Assembly (NCBI RefSeq): GCF_003019035.1
Contig: NZ_CP027447.1
Source: Escherichia coli
GTDB taxonomy: Bacteria; Pseudomonadota; Gammaproteobacteria; Enterobacterales; Enterobacteriaceae
Reading direction: 5' to 3' (one strand)
DNA length: 64,000 nucleotides
Shown: positions 20,092 through 31,000 of the stretch, in pieces
Layout: every line of letters begins with the position of its first letter
Position numbering within the stretch: the stretch's first letter is position 1
The notes under the pieces: generated by a model
Database searches by the model: none
The model's input: the letters and a program-made list of their open reading frames with translations, nothing else
What the model was told of the DNA's origin: nothing
Program-made: the position numbers and the translations under genes

Positions 20092-21228
20092 TCAATGATC
20101 CAAATAAAGATAATGCATCCAGCTGGTCATTCTTAGCAGCACTTTCCGCATCACCGAAACATGGCTGAAATGGTCGGAGTAAACTGCCACCTGGGCGTAG
20201 ATGCCGTCGGGTAAAGCATCGATATCATCGTTAGGGTCCAGTTCAATGGTTCCCAGCACACCGTCCGTGCCGGGCACGACCGTTAATGATTGCAATACCC
20301 CTTGCGCCTGATACGAACCGCCTGGCACGACAGGTAAAATACTAGTCAGTTTGCCGTGGAACACCTGCCCAGGTAGCGCGTTAAACACCACTTCCGCATC
20401 ATCGCCGGGTTTCAGACGTAACAGCGAGTTCTGCCGAAATTGGGCGACAATTTGCCGTTTTTGCTCGGGGATGAAAACCATCACCGGACGTAGCGGCAAG
20501 GCAGCTGCGTATGTACCTGGGCGGATCAGTACCTGAGTGACGTAGCCATTGCTCGGTGCGCGAATGACAGTCTGCTCAAGGTTATATTTTGCTTCAGTAA
20601 GTTGCGCTCTTAAGCTCACAATCTGCGACTGCTCGCCGTTAACCATACTGTCGAGCTGGCTCTGGATCTGCGCCTGCTCCGCCACCGAGCCTTTCACCAG
20701 CGCGTCCTGCGCGAGGAAGTTTTGCCGCGCATCGTCGATGTCACGTTCCGAGAACGGATTCACTGCCGCCTGGCTGCCTATCAGGTAACGTTGATAATTT
20801 TTAAACAGACGGTCGCGCTCCGCTGAAACCTGGGTGGTGTTGGCCTGCGCTTCAGTGAGCTGCGCGCGCAGCGTCTTTATATTATGCGTCGCCGTCATCA
20901 GGTCAGCCTGAAGTCTGTCAACTCGCGCCTGGTAACGAACCGGGTCGAGCTTAAAAAGCACCTCGCCCTTCTGAATAAGCTGATTATTTTTGTCGGTGAC
21001 TTCAGTAACAATTCCCGTCACCTGTGGCGTGATGGGGATCGCTATCACTGCCTTTTGCGCGGTAAAAGTGTAAGGGTGGTTGTAGTTCATCAACAAAATC
21101 AAACCACTCACCAGAAACACGCCTCCCAGCGCCGCCGTCGCCAGCGTCCACTGATTTACCGGAATGCGGAAGATTTTAAAGACCGCCCACGCCAGCGCCA
21201 CGTAAGTTAAAACAATCAATAGATCCAT
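20092..21228 (-). CDS. yibH: HlyD-family membrane fusion/secretion protein YibH
   Basis: 378 aa. It has an N-terminal TM helix, a coiled-coil central part ([24 protein letters not shown]) and a beta-barrel C-terminus typical of HlyD/EmrA-like proteins. Pairing with yibI matches K-12. Confidence 0.85.
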   Translation of the reverse strand: MDLLIVLTYVALAWAVFKIFRIPVNQWTLATAALGGVFLVSGLILLMNYNHPYTFTAQKAVIAIPITPQVTGIVTEVTDKNNQLIQKGEVLFKLDPVRYQARVDRLQADLMTATHNIKTLRAQLTEAQANTTQVSAERDRLFKNYQRYLIGSQAAVNPFSERDIDDARQNFLAQDALVKGSVAEQAQIQSQLDSMVNGEQSQIVSLRAQLTEAKYNLEQTVIRAPSNGYVTQVLIRPGTYAAALPLRPVMVFIPEQKRQIVAQFRQNSLLRLKPGDDAEVVFNALPGQVFHGKLTSILPVVPGGSYQAQGVLQSLTVVPGTDGVLGTIELDPNDDIDALPDGIYAQVAVYSDHFSHVSVMRKVLLRMTSWMHYLYLDH

Positions 21229-21230
21229 AT

Positions 21231-21593
21231 TTAGATCTCCGGGAACGTGGAATAGTCAGTCTTTTTCTCGGCGGCGAGTTGATGCTCCAGCCGGGAAATT
21301 CGGTCAGAAAGTGCGGCGATTTCCGGGTCAGTCGCTTTCTCCTGCGACGCAACATGTGACTGCATGCCCCAGCCGCGCTCCGGTTGGTAGAGCGTCGCCC
21401 AAATCCACAGGAACGGCCAAATTACATGGAGGGTAAAAAGGCTCACCCAGCCCGCAGTATGGATCGCATCGGCATGGGGATGATTACGCTTTTTGGCAAT
21501 CAGATAAGGGATGTCATGTATCGCGATGATTCCATAAAAAATCACCAGAAAGACGAAGATCAGCACTCCCAACGCGAAGTAGTTTAGAAACAT
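21231..21593 (-). CDS. yibI: Small inner-membrane protein YibI (DUF3302)
   Basis: 120 aa from [30 protein letters not shown]. The upstream 34-codon extension in the ORF track was rejected. It ends 2 nt before the yibH start. Confidence 0.8.
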   Translation of the reverse strand: MFLNYFALGVLIFVFLVIFYGIIAIHDIPYLIAKKRNHPHADAIHTAGWVSLFTLHVIWPFLWIWATLYQPERGWGMQSHVASQEKATDPEIAALSDRISRLEHQLAAEKKTDYSTFPEI

Positions 21594-21808
21594 ATCTGCC
21601 TCGGATTCACGTTTATCAGTGTTGTTTTTGGCTGGCAGCCAGATGGGAGTCGGGCTGATATTTTGACAATAATCCGGGTTGGCGATTCTCGCCATAACAC
21701 CGAAGAATAATTTTTAGAGGTGATGAGTTGCTTAGTTACATAACGATTTTATGACGAAGGCATAACATGCTGCAGATCACATCAGGTGAACGCCGTAAGA
21801 AAATATCT

Positions 21809-21985
21809 TGTGATTCAGATCACAAAGATTCAACAAACTAACAAAACAAAAATGTGACATTACTCACATTTAAATGCCATTTTTAGCGAAAATCGCCGCC
21901 TTGTTGCTTTTTTACACAAGAGTTTTGTGATGCACATCACGTCAATTACCTCTCTACCCCCTATATTTATGTGATTCATATCACA
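21809..21985. promoter_or_regulatory. mtlA promoter region with four CRP-type palindromes
   Basis: TGTGA-N6-TCACA-type sites lie at 21809..21824 (tgtgattcagatcaca), 21853..21868 (tgtgacattactcaca), 21926..21941 (tgtgatgcacatcacg) and 21970..21985 (tgtgattcatatcaca). The mtl promoter is known to carry multiple cAMP-CRP sites. Confidence 0.8.
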
Positions 21986-22128
21986 CAAAAAGCCGTCGAC
22001 TGGACAGTTAACCGATTCAGTGCCAGATTTCGCAGTATCTACAAGGTCCGGCTACCTCTGCCGCCACATTAACAAAAAACCTCGGGCTTCCAGCCTGCGC
22101 GACAGCAAACATAAGAAGGGGTGTTTTT

Positions 22129-24042
22129 ATGTCATCCGATATTAAGATCAAAGTGCAAAGCTTTGGTCGTTTCCTCAGCAACATGGTGATGCCAAATATC
22201 GGCGCGTTTATCGCGTGGGGTATCATCACCGCGTTATTTATTCCAACTGGGTGGTTACCGAACGAAACGCTGGCGAAGCTGGTCGGGCCGATGATCACTT
22301 ATCTCCTGCCGCTGCTGATCGGTTATACCGGTGGTAAGCTGGTAGGCGGCGAACGTGGCGGCGTAGTCGGTGCCATTACCACCATGGGCGTTATCGTCGG
22401 CGCAGACATGCCGATGTTCCTCGGCTCTATGATTGCAGGTCCGCTGGGCGGCTGGTGCATTAAGCACTTCGACCGCTGGGTAGACGGTAAGATCAAATCC
22501 GGTTTTGAAATGCTGGTGAATAACTTCTCCGCAGGCATCATCGGGATGATCCTCGCTATTCTGGCATTCCTCGGCATTGGCCCGATTGTTGAAGCCCTGT
22601 CTAAAATGCTGGCGGCGGGCGTTAACTTCATGGTTGTCCATGACATGCTGCCGCTGGCGTCTATCTTTGTTGAACCGGCGAAAATCCTGTTCCTCAACAA
22701 CGCTATTAACCACGGTATCTTCTCGCCGCTGGGTATTCAGCAGTCCCATGAACTGGGTAAATCCATCTTCTTCCTGATTGAAGCTAACCCAGGTCCAGGT
22801 ATGGGCGTGCTGCTGGCGTACATGTTCTTTGGTCGTGGTAGCGCTAAACAGTCTGCGGGCGGTGCGGCAATCATCCACTTCCTGGGGGGTATCCACGAAA
22901 TCTACTTCCCGTATGTGCTGATGAATCCGCGTCTGATTCTGGCCGTTATCCTCGGCGGTATGACTGGCGTATTCACGCTGACTATCCTGGGCGGTGGGCT
23001 GGTTTCTCCGGCATCTCCGGGTTCTATCCTTGCTGTACTGGCGATGACGCCAAAAGGTGCTTACTTCGCTAACATCGCGGGTGTGTGTGCGGCGATGGCA
23101 GTCTCCTTCGTTGTCTCTGCTATTTTGCTGAAAACCAGCAAAGTGAAAGAAGAAGATGATATTGAAGCTGCTGCGCGTCGCGTTCAGGAAATGAAAGCTG
23201 AGTCTAAAGGCGCGTCTCCGCTGTCTGCGGGCGATGTAACTAACGACCTGAGCCACGTACGTAAAATCATCGTTGCCTGTGATGCCGGTATGGGTTCCAG
23301 TGCGATGGGCGCAGGCGTGCTGCGTAAGAAAATTCAGGATGCAGGTCTGTCGCAGATTTCGGTCACTAACAGCGCGATCAACAACCTGCCGCCAGATGTG
23401 GACCTCGTCATCACTCACCGTGACCTGACCGAACGCGCTATGCGCCAGGTTCCACAGGCACAGCATATTTCGCTGACCAACTTCCTCGACAGCGGCCTGT
23501 ACACCAGCCTGACCGAACGTCTCGTTGCTGCCCAGCGCCATACTGAAAACGAAGTGAAAGTGAAAGACAGTCTGAAAGACAGCTTTGACGATTCCAGTGC
23601 TAACCTGTTCAAGCTAGGCGCGGAGAACATCTTCCTCGGTCGCAAAGCGGCAACCAAAGAAGAAGCGATTCGTTTTGCTGGCGAGCAGCTGGTGAAAGGC
23701 GGTTACGTTGAGCCGGAATACGTTCAGGCGATGTTGGATCGTGAAAAACTGACCCCGACTTATCTGGGTGAGTCTATCGCGGTGCCACACGGTACGGTTG
23801 AAGCAAAAGATCGTGTACTGAAAACGGGCGTGGTGTTCTGCCAGTACCCGGAAGGCGTGCGCTTCGGTGAAGAAGAAGATGACATTGCCCGTCTGGTGAT
23901 TGGTATTGCTGCCCGTAACAACGAGCACATTCAGGTTATCACCAGCCTGACCAATGCGCTGGATGATGAGTCCGTCATCGAGCGTCTGGCACACACCACC
24001 AGCGTGGATGAAGTACTGGAACTGCTGGCTGGTCGTAAGTAA
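22129..24042 (+). CDS. mtlA: PTS mannitol-specific EIICBA component
   Basis: 637 aa, [39 protein letters not shown].... It has the EIIC membrane domain, the EIIB Cys region ([16 protein letters not shown]) and the EIIA His region (VPHGT). Confidence 0.97.
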   Translation: MSSDIKIKVQSFGRFLSNMVMPNIGAFIAWGIITALFIPTGWLPNETLAKLVGPMITYLLPLLIGYTGGKLVGGERGGVVGAITTMGVIVGADMPMFLGSMIAGPLGGWCIKHFDRWVDGKIKSGFEMLVNNFSAGIIGMILAILAFLGIGPIVEALSKMLAAGVNFMVVHDMLPLASIFVEPAKILFLNNAINHGIFSPLGIQQSHELGKSIFFLIEANPGPGMGVLLAYMFFGRGSAKQSAGGAAIIHFLGGIHEIYFPYVLMNPRLILAVILGGMTGVFTLTILGGGLVSPASPGSILAVLAMTPKGAYFANIAGVCAAMAVSFVVSAILLKTSKVKEEDDIEAAARRVQEMKAESKGASPLSAGDVTNDLSHVRKIIVACDAGMGSSAMGAGVLRKKIQDAGLSQISVTNSAINNLPPDVDLVITHRDLTERAMRQVPQAQHISLTNFLDSGLYTSLTERLVAAQRHTENEVKVKDSLKDSFDDSSANLFKLGAENIFLGRKAATKEEAIRFAGEQLVKGGYVEPEYVQAMLDREKLTPTYLGESIAVPHGTVEAKDRVLKTGVVFCQYPEGVRFGEEEDDIARLVIGIAARNNEHIQVITSLTNALDDESVIERLAHTTSVDEVLELLAGRK

Positions 24043-24052
24043 TACAATCCCT

Positions 24053-24110
24053 CCCTCTCCACATGGAGAGGGTTTGGGTGAGGGAAAAGCCTCACCCCAG
24101 CCCTCTCGGG
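24053..24110. repeat. GC-rich nested palindromic intergenic element between mtlA and mtlD
   Basis: Hairpin ccctctcc-acat-ggagaggg (24053..24072) is followed by ggtgagg-gaaaag-cctcacc (24077..24096). A further ccctctc copy follows that can pair with gagaggg. The family assignment is uncertain. Confidence 0.5.
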
Positions 24111-24136
24111 TAAAAACATTGATGAAGGTTAATACT

Positions 24137-25285
24137 ATGAAAGCATTACATTTTGGCGCAGGTAATATCGGTCGTGGCTTTATCGGTAAACTGCTGGCAG
24201 ACGCGGGTATCCAACTGACGTTTGCCGATGTCAATCAGGTGGTACTTGATGCCCTGAATGCCCGTCATAGCTATCAGGTTCATGTGGTTGGTGAAACCGA
24301 GCAGGTAGATACCGTTTCCGGCGTCAATGCTGTCAGCAGCATTGGTGATGATGTCGTTGATCTGATTGCTCAGGTTGATTTAGTCACTACCGCCGTGGGC
24401 CCGGTTGTGCTGGAACGTATTGCCCCGGCAATCGCCAAAGGGCTGGTGAAACGTAAAGAACAAGGTAATGAATCCCCGCTGAACATCATCGCTTGTGAAA
24501 ACATGGTCCGCGGCACCACACAGCTGAAAGGACATGTGATGAACGCCCTGCCGGAAGATGCCAAAGCGTGGGTAGAAGAACACGTTGGCTTTGTTGATTC
24601 CGCCGTTGACCGCATCGTGCCGCCTTCGGCTTCTGCAACCAACGATCCGCTGGAAGTGACGGTAGAAACATTCAGCGAATGGATTGTTGATAAAACCCAG
24701 TTCAAAGGCGCGCTGCCGAACATCCCAGGCATGGAGTTAACCGACAACCTGATGGCATTTGTCGAACGTAAACTCTTCACCCTGAATACGGGTCATGCTA
24801 TAACCGCGTACCTCGGAAAACTGGCGGGTCATCAGACCATTCGTGATGCGATTCTCGACGAGAAAATCCGCGCGGTGGTAAAAGGTGCGATGGAAGAAAG
24901 CGGTGCGGTACTGATCAAGCGCTACGGCTTTGACGCAGACAAGCATGCGGCATACATCCAGAAAATCCTCGGTCGTTTCGAGAACCCGTATCTGAAAGAT
25001 GATGTAGAGCGCGTAGGCCGTCAGCCGCTGCGTAAACTGAGCGCTGGTGACCGTCTGATTAAGCCACTGCTCGGTACACTGGAATATGGTCTGCCACATA
25101 AAAACCTGATTGAAGGTATTGCCGCTGCAATGCACTTCCGCAGTGAAGATGATCCGCAGGCTCAGGAACTGGCAGCACTGATCGCTGACAAAGGTCCGCA
25201 GGCGGCGCTGGCACAGATTTCCGGTCTTGATGCCAACAGCGAGGTTGTATCCGAGGCGGTAACCGCTTATAAAGCAATGCAATAA
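24137..25285 (+). CDS. mtlD: Mannitol-1-phosphate 5-dehydrogenase
   Basis: 382 aa from [24 protein letters not shown] (Rossmann GxGxxG). The ORF-track start at 23954 would overlap mtlA and the palindromic element, so it was rejected. Confidence 0.95.
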   Translation: MKALHFGAGNIGRGFIGKLLADAGIQLTFADVNQVVLDALNARHSYQVHVVGETEQVDTVSGVNAVSSIGDDVVDLIAQVDLVTTAVGPVVLERIAPAIAKGLVKRKEQGNESPLNIIACENMVRGTTQLKGHVMNALPEDAKAWVEEHVGFVDSAVDRIVPPSASATNDPLEVTVETFSEWIVDKTQFKGALPNIPGMELTDNLMAFVERKLFTLNTGHAITAYLGKLAGHQTIRDAILDEKIRAVVKGAMEESGAVLIKRYGFDADKHAAYIQKILGRFENPYLKDDVERVGRQPLRKLSAGDRLIKPLLGTLEYGLPHKNLIEGIAAAMHFRSEDDPQAQELAALIADKGPQAALAQISGLDANSEVVSEAVTAYKAMQ

Positions 25286-25872
25286 TGGTGGACCAGGCGC
25301 AGGACACCCTGCGCCCGAATAACAGATTGTCAGATATGCAGGCAACAATGGAACAAACCCAGGCCTTTGAAAACCGTGTGCTTGAGCGTCTGAATGCTGG
25401 CAAAACCGTGCGAAGCTTTCTGATCACCGCCGTCGAGCTTTTGACCGAGGCGGTAAATCTTCTGGTGCTTCAGGTATTCCGCAAAGACGATTACGCGGTG
25501 AAGTATGCTGTAGAACCGTTACTCGACGGCGATGGTCCGCTGGGCGATCTTTCTGTGCGTTTAAAACTCATTTACGGGTTGGGCGTCATTAACCGCCAGG
25601 AATACGAAGATGCGGAACTGCTGATGGCATTGCGTGAAGAGCTAAATCACGACGGCAACGAGTACGCGTTTACCGACGACGAAATCCTTGGACCCTTTGG
25701 TGAACTGCATTGCGTGGCGGCGTTACCACCGCCGCCACAGTTTGAACCTGCAGACTCCAGTTTGTATGCAATGCAAATTCAGCGTTACCAACAGGCTGTG
25801 CGATCAACAATGGTCCTTTCACTGACAGAGCTGATTTCCAAAATCAGCTTAAAAAAAGCCTTTCAAAAGTAA
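25285..25872 (+). CDS. mtlR: Mannitol operon repressor MtlR
   Basis: 195 aa, [36 protein letters not shown].... It starts at the mtlD stop (TAATG overlap). Confidence 0.9.
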   Translation: MVDQAQDTLRPNNRLSDMQATMEQTQAFENRVLERLNAGKTVRSFLITAVELLTEAVNLLVLQVFRKDDYAVKYAVEPLLDGDGPLGDLSVRLKLIYGLGVINRQEYEDAELLMALREELNHDGNEYAFTDDEILGPFGELHCVAALPPPPQFEPADSSLYAMQIQRYQQAVRSTMVLSLTELISKISLKKAFQK

Positions 25873-25882
25873 GTACTTTCGC

Positions 25883-26092
25883 TTACTTCTCCTCTACCTG
25901 TTTCGGCCGATAAAGCCGACGATAATATTCCAGACGTTGTAGATATAACGGCACGCTTTCATCAGGTATTCCGGACGGAATCGCGTTACGGGGAGGTAGT
26001 TTTTTCAGATACTCCCGGAACGCCTGGCTCGATGCCATGAAATCTACGGCTTTATCGATAAGAAGCGGAACGTTTTCACCTAATTTGCCCAT
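25883..26092 (-). CDS. yibT: Small protein YibT
   Basis: 69 aa, [36 protein letters not shown].... It matches K-12 YibT as I recall it and is convergent with mtlR. Confidence 0.75.
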   Translation of the reverse strand: MGKLGENVPLLIDKAVDFMASSQAFREYLKKLPPRNAIPSGIPDESVPLYLQRLEYYRRLYRPKQVEEK

Positions 26093-26375
26093 GATGATAT
26101 CTCCGTATTACCCCGCGCCGGGAATGCGCGGCCGCCAATTTTAGTTTAGATCCCGGTATAAATGACATTAAGGAAAACGTGCTCAATCCTCAATAATCAT
26201 CCGTTTCTATTAACTATCTTTTTTCTTTAAATTTCTTAATTAATCAATAAATTGCGTAGTTTTTAAGCATGTTAATGTTTACGTTATAGAACTATTGCAA
26301 TGCCATCAGTTGTGAACAAAGCACCTGGTCGCGCATACTAGGGGCTATAAATTTATCTTTATCAGAAGCCATCAC

Positions 26376-26738
26376 ATGAAAGAAGTCGAAAAAAACGAAA
26401 TCAAACGTCTCAGCGATCGCCTGGACGCCATCCGTCACCAGCAGGCCGATCTGTCGCTGGTTGAAGCCGCAGACAAATATGCCGAACTGGAAAAAGAGAA
26501 AGCCACTCTGGAAGCAGAAATTGCTCGCCTGCGCGAAGTTCACAGCCAGAAACTCAGCAAAGAAGCGCAGAAACTGATGAAGATGCCGTTCCAGCGTGCA
26601 ATCACCAAAAAAGAGCAGGCTGATATGGGCAAACTGAAAAAAAGTGTTCGCGGGCTGGTGGTTGTGCACCCAATGACCGCGCTGGGCCGTGAAATGGGCC
26701 TGCAAGAGATGACAGGGTTCTCAAAGACTGCGTTTTAA
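26376..26738 (+). CDS. yibL: Ribosome-associated protein YibL
   Basis: 120 aa, [42 protein letters not shown].... It matches K-12 YibL as I recall it. Confidence 0.85.
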
Positions 26739-26782
26739 GTTCCTTTCTCGTCGCTGTAATCACAGCCTCTCACGATTTACTC

Positions 26783-26812
26783 GCTCCTGCTGGCACATGC
26801 AGGAGCCTGTTT
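26783..26812 (+). terminator. Hairpin terminator downstream of yibL
   Basis: GCTCCTGC-(tggcacat)-GCAGGAGC is a perfect 8-bp stem followed by ctgtttc. The U tract is weak. Confidence 0.5.
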
Positions 26813-27296
26813 CAGAGATCGAATATTTGTAACGTTCTTAACATTATATATTCAACTCCACCTACACTTCTGAGCGATCTGAGCAGGCTAAATTCTGAAA
26901 AGCAGGTACAAATTAAATAATGATGTATCAATATCAACAATGAATTACCGCATATCAATGCTTGAAACATAATTAATTATTTAAATTTTTCTATCAGCAT
27001 CGCAAACTTCGCAATAAAACATCACTCAACTGAATATTTACCTTTCCCTGCCCTGGGCCTTTATCCGGTGAAACATTTGACATTGATTGACACCGATCAT
27101 TAAAATCCGCGCGATTAATATTATTGGCTACAAACCGAAATTGTTTGACACTTAATAACATATTCGCACAACCGATTAATACAAAAATTCTCTAACAAAT
27201 TTATTTGTCGGATATGCTCCACTCTAATCATTCATAAAAAAAATGATTGTGCCGTAATTATCAACTGTATCGGGATTATGAAAAGGAATTCATCCT

Positions 27297-27980
27297 ATGA
27301 ACCTAAAGAAAACACTGTTAAGCGTGTTAATAATAGTGCCTCTCTGCTTATTGGCAGGGTGTGACTATATTGAAAAAGCGAGTAAGGTCGACGACCTCGT
27401 TACACAGCAAGAGTTGCAAAAAAGCAAAATTGAGGCGCTTGAGAAACAACAGGAACTCGATAAGCGAAAGATAGAACATTTTGAAAAACAACAAACTACT
27501 ATCATAAATAGTACCAAGACGCTCGCTGGCGTGGTGAAGGCGGTTAAAGACAAACAGGACGAATTTGTCTTTACAGAATTTAACCCGGCACAAACCCAAT
27601 ACTTCATTTTAAATAACGGCTCTGTTGGTTTGGCAGGCCGGGTGCTGGCTATTGATGCAGTTGAAAATGGCAGCGTTATTCGTATTTCGCTGGTTAATTT
27701 ATTAAGCGTTCCCGTATCAAATATTGGCTTTCATGCGACATGGGGCAATGAAAGACCCACCGATGCCAAAGCTCTGGCAAAGTGGCAACAATTACTTTTC
27801 AACACCACACTGAATTCCACTCTGCAATTAATGCCTGGTCAATGGCAAGACATTAATCTGACATTAAAAGGCGTTTCGCCTAATAACCTGAAGTATCTGA
27901 AGTTGTCCATCAATATGGCCAATCTCCAGTTCGACACTGTTCAATCTGCTGAAACTCGGCAGCGAAAAAACAAAAAATAA
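27297..27980 (+). CDS. SadB-like inner-membrane lipoprotein (trimeric-autotransporter export helper)
   Basis: 227 aa. The lipobox is LLAG-C, with Asp at +2 (an inner-membrane retention signal). A heptad-rich coiled-coil segment follows (QQELQKSKIEALEKQQELDKRKIEHFEKQQ). The gene lies 43 nt upstream of the TAA gene, as sadB does relative to sadA in Salmonella. Confidence 0.7.
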   Translation: MNLKKTLLSVLIIVPLCLLAGCDYIEKASKVDDLVTQQELQKSKIEALEKQQELDKRKIEHFEKQQTTIINSTKTLAGVVKAVKDKQDEFVFTEFNPAQTQYFILNNGSVGLAGRVLAIDAVENGSVIRISLVNLLSVPVSNIGFHATWGNERPTDAKALAKWQQLLFNTTLNSTLQLMPGQWQDINLTLKGVSPNNLKYLKLSINMANLQFDTVQSAETRQRKNKK

Positions 27981-28023
27981 ATGCAGCTTCTGCGCTTATA
28001 TCAAGGAATAGAGAGCATCAATA

Positions 28024-31000
28024 ATGAACAAAATTTTTAAAGTTATCTGGAATCCAGCGACGGGCAGTTACAGCGTTGCCAGCGAAACGGCGAAAAGTCG
28101 TGGGAAGAAGAGCGGGCGCAGTAAGCTGTTAATTTCTGCACTGGTTGCGGGTGGATTATTGTCGTCATTTGGGGCATTAGCTCAGGCAGGGTTAGATACA
28201 GGTACTGGTGTTACCCCTGCTGGTCATAATAATGGAACAGGTTGGATAGCTATTGGTACCGATGCTGAAGCAAGCACTCATACCACAACGAATGGCGCAG
28301 CAACTGCCGTGGGCTACTACTCCAAAGCGTTAGGTATGTGGAGTACTACGTTAGGTGCATATAGCCAATCGAATGGCGATTCTTCACTGGCTCTTGGGGT
28401 TAAAGCACAATCTAACGGTGACCGCTCTATTTCGATGGGCGCTTCGTCGAGTGCAAGCATAAATGCGGGTTACTCCATCGCGATGGGGGTATTTGCTTTC
28501 ACCGATGCAGAGTACGCGGTAGCCCTTGGCAATGAGAGCAAGGCACTTGGTAAATACAGCCTTGCATTAGGAAACGCAAGTCAGGCATCTGGCGAATCCA
28601 GTATTGCATTAGGTAACACAAGTGAAGCCAGCGAACAAAATGCGATTGCGCTGGGGCAAGGCAGCATTGCAAGCAAAGTGAACTCAATCGCGTTGGGCAG
28701 TAACAGTTCGTCTGCAGGAGAGAATGCCATCGCGCTAGGAGAGGGCAGTGCCGCGGGAGGCAGCAACAGTCTAGCTTTCGGTAGTCAGTCCAGGGCAAGC
28801 GGCAATGATTCTGTCGCCCTCGGTGTAGGGGCTACAGCAGCGACCGACAATTCTGTCGCTATCGGCGCAGGATCGACCACAGATGCAAGCAATACAGTTT
28901 CAGTTGGCAACAGCACAACAAAACGCAAAATTGTTAATATGGCTGCCGGTGCCATAAGCAACACCAGTACCGATGCCATCAACGGCTCACAGCTTTATAC
29001 GATCAGTGATTCAGTCGCCAAACGGCTCGGGGGAGGCGCTACTGTAGGCAGCGACGGCACCGTAACCGCACTAAGCTACGCGTTGAAAAGCGGTACCTAT
29101 AATAACGTGGGTGATGCTCTGTCAGGAATCGACAATAATACTCTGCAATGGAATAGAACCACGGGGGCATTCACCGCTGCACACGGCTCAAATACCACCA
29201 GTAAAATCACTAATGTTGCTAAAGGTACTGTTTCTGCAACCAGCACCGATGTAGTAAACGGCTCTCAATTGTACGACCTGCAGCAGGATGCTCTGTTGTG
29301 GAACGGCACCGCGTTCAGCGCCGCACACGGCACCGACGTCACCAGCAAAATCACCAATGTCACCGCTGGTGAGCTCTCTGACACCAGCACCGACGCCGTC
29401 AACGGTTCTCAGCTGAAAGCGACCAAGGACGATGTAGCGGCAAACACCACCAACATCACTAACCTGACGAGCGAAGTGGCTGGCAACACCACCAGTATCA
29501 CTAACCTGACTGATACGGTGACTAACCTCGGTGAAGACGCCCTGAAATGGGACGACGCCGCAGGCGCATTCACCGCTGCACACGGCACTAACGCCACCAA
29601 CAAAATCACTAACGTCACCGCTGGTGAGCTCTCTGACACCAGCACCGACGCCGTCAACGGTTCTCAGCTGAAAGCGACCAAGGACGATGTGGCGGCAAAC
29701 ACCACCAACATCACTAACCTGACGGGCGAAGTGGCTGGCAACACCACCAGTATCACCAACCTGACTGATACGGTGACTAACCTCGGTGAAGACGCCCTGA
29801 AATGGGACGACGCCTCAGGCGCATTCACCGCTGCACACGGCACTAACGCCACCAACAAAATCACCAATGTCACCGCTGGCGAACTCTCTGATACCAGCAC
29901 CGACGCCGTCAACGGTTCTCAGCTGAAAACCACCAACGATAACGTGGCGACCAACACCACCAATATCGCCACTAACACCACCAATATCACCAACCTGACT
30001 GACGCTGTTGACAGTCTCGGTGATGATTCCCTGCTGTGGAACAAAGCGGCTGGCGCATTCAGCGCCGCGCACGGCACCGATGCCACCAGCAAAATCACCA
30101 ACGTCACCGCTGGCGAACTCTCTGATACCAGCACCGACGCCGTCAACGGTTCTCAGCTGAAAACCACCAACGATAACGTGGCGACCAACACCACCAATAT
30201 CGCCACTAACACCACCAATATCACCAACCTGACTAACGCTGTTGACAGTCTTGGTGATGATTCCCTGCTGTGGAACAAAGCGGCTGGCGCATTCAGCGCC
30301 GCGCACGGCACCGATGCCACCAGCAAAATCACCAACGTCACCGCTGGCGACCTGACTGCTGGCAGCACTGACGCGGTTAACGGCTCCCAGCTGAAAACCA
30401 CCAACGATAACGTGGCGACCAACACCACCAATATCGCCACTAACACCACCAATATCACTAACCTGACTGATACGGTGAATAATCTCGGTGAAGACGCCCT
30501 GAAATGGGACGACGCCGCAGGCGCATTCACCGCTGCACACGGTACTAACGCCACCAACAAAATCAGCAACGTACAAGCTGGCATAGTCTCCTCTGACAGC
30601 ACTGACGCCATAAATGGCTCACAACTATATGGTTTGGCTGATTCATTCACGTCCTATCTGGGTGGTGGTGCTGATATTAGCGATACAGGTTTATTAACCG
30701 GGCCAACCTATAGTATTGGCGGCACTGACTACACTAACGTCGGGGATGCTCTGGCCGCAATTAACACTTCATTTAGTGATTCTCTCGGTGATGCCCTGCT
30801 CTGGGATGCGACAGCCAATGACGGTGCTGGTGCATTCAGCGCCGGTCGCGGGGTAGATAACACCGCCAGTAAGATTACTAACGTCGCAAATGGTGCAATC
30901 TCTGCCACCAGCAGCGACGCGATTAACGGCTCACAACTCTATACCACCAATAAGTACATCGCTGATGCGCTGGGCGGTGATGCAGAAGTTAACGCTGACG

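Noticed and set aside
22255-23541. 428-aa minus-strand ORF antisense to mtlA
   Set aside because: The opposite strand encodes an unmistakable MtlA. The antisense translation is Arg/His/Gln-rich with no recognisable domain or start context.
23954-24136. Upstream extensions of known genes in the ORF track (mtlD from 23954, gpmM from 40860, aldB to 4579, yibI to 21695, envC from 42558, waaB to 58696)
   Set aside because: The extensions overlap neighbouring genes or intergenic repeat elements. The internal Met gives the N-terminus I recognise for each protein, with appropriate length.
29188-30650. Periodic minus-strand ORFs and regularly spaced repeats, considered as a possible CRISPR-like or other non-coding array
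   Set aside because: The repeats are 234-255 bp, contiguous (no spacers) and in frame within the adhesin gene. The antisense ORFs are a by-product of the repeat periodicity.
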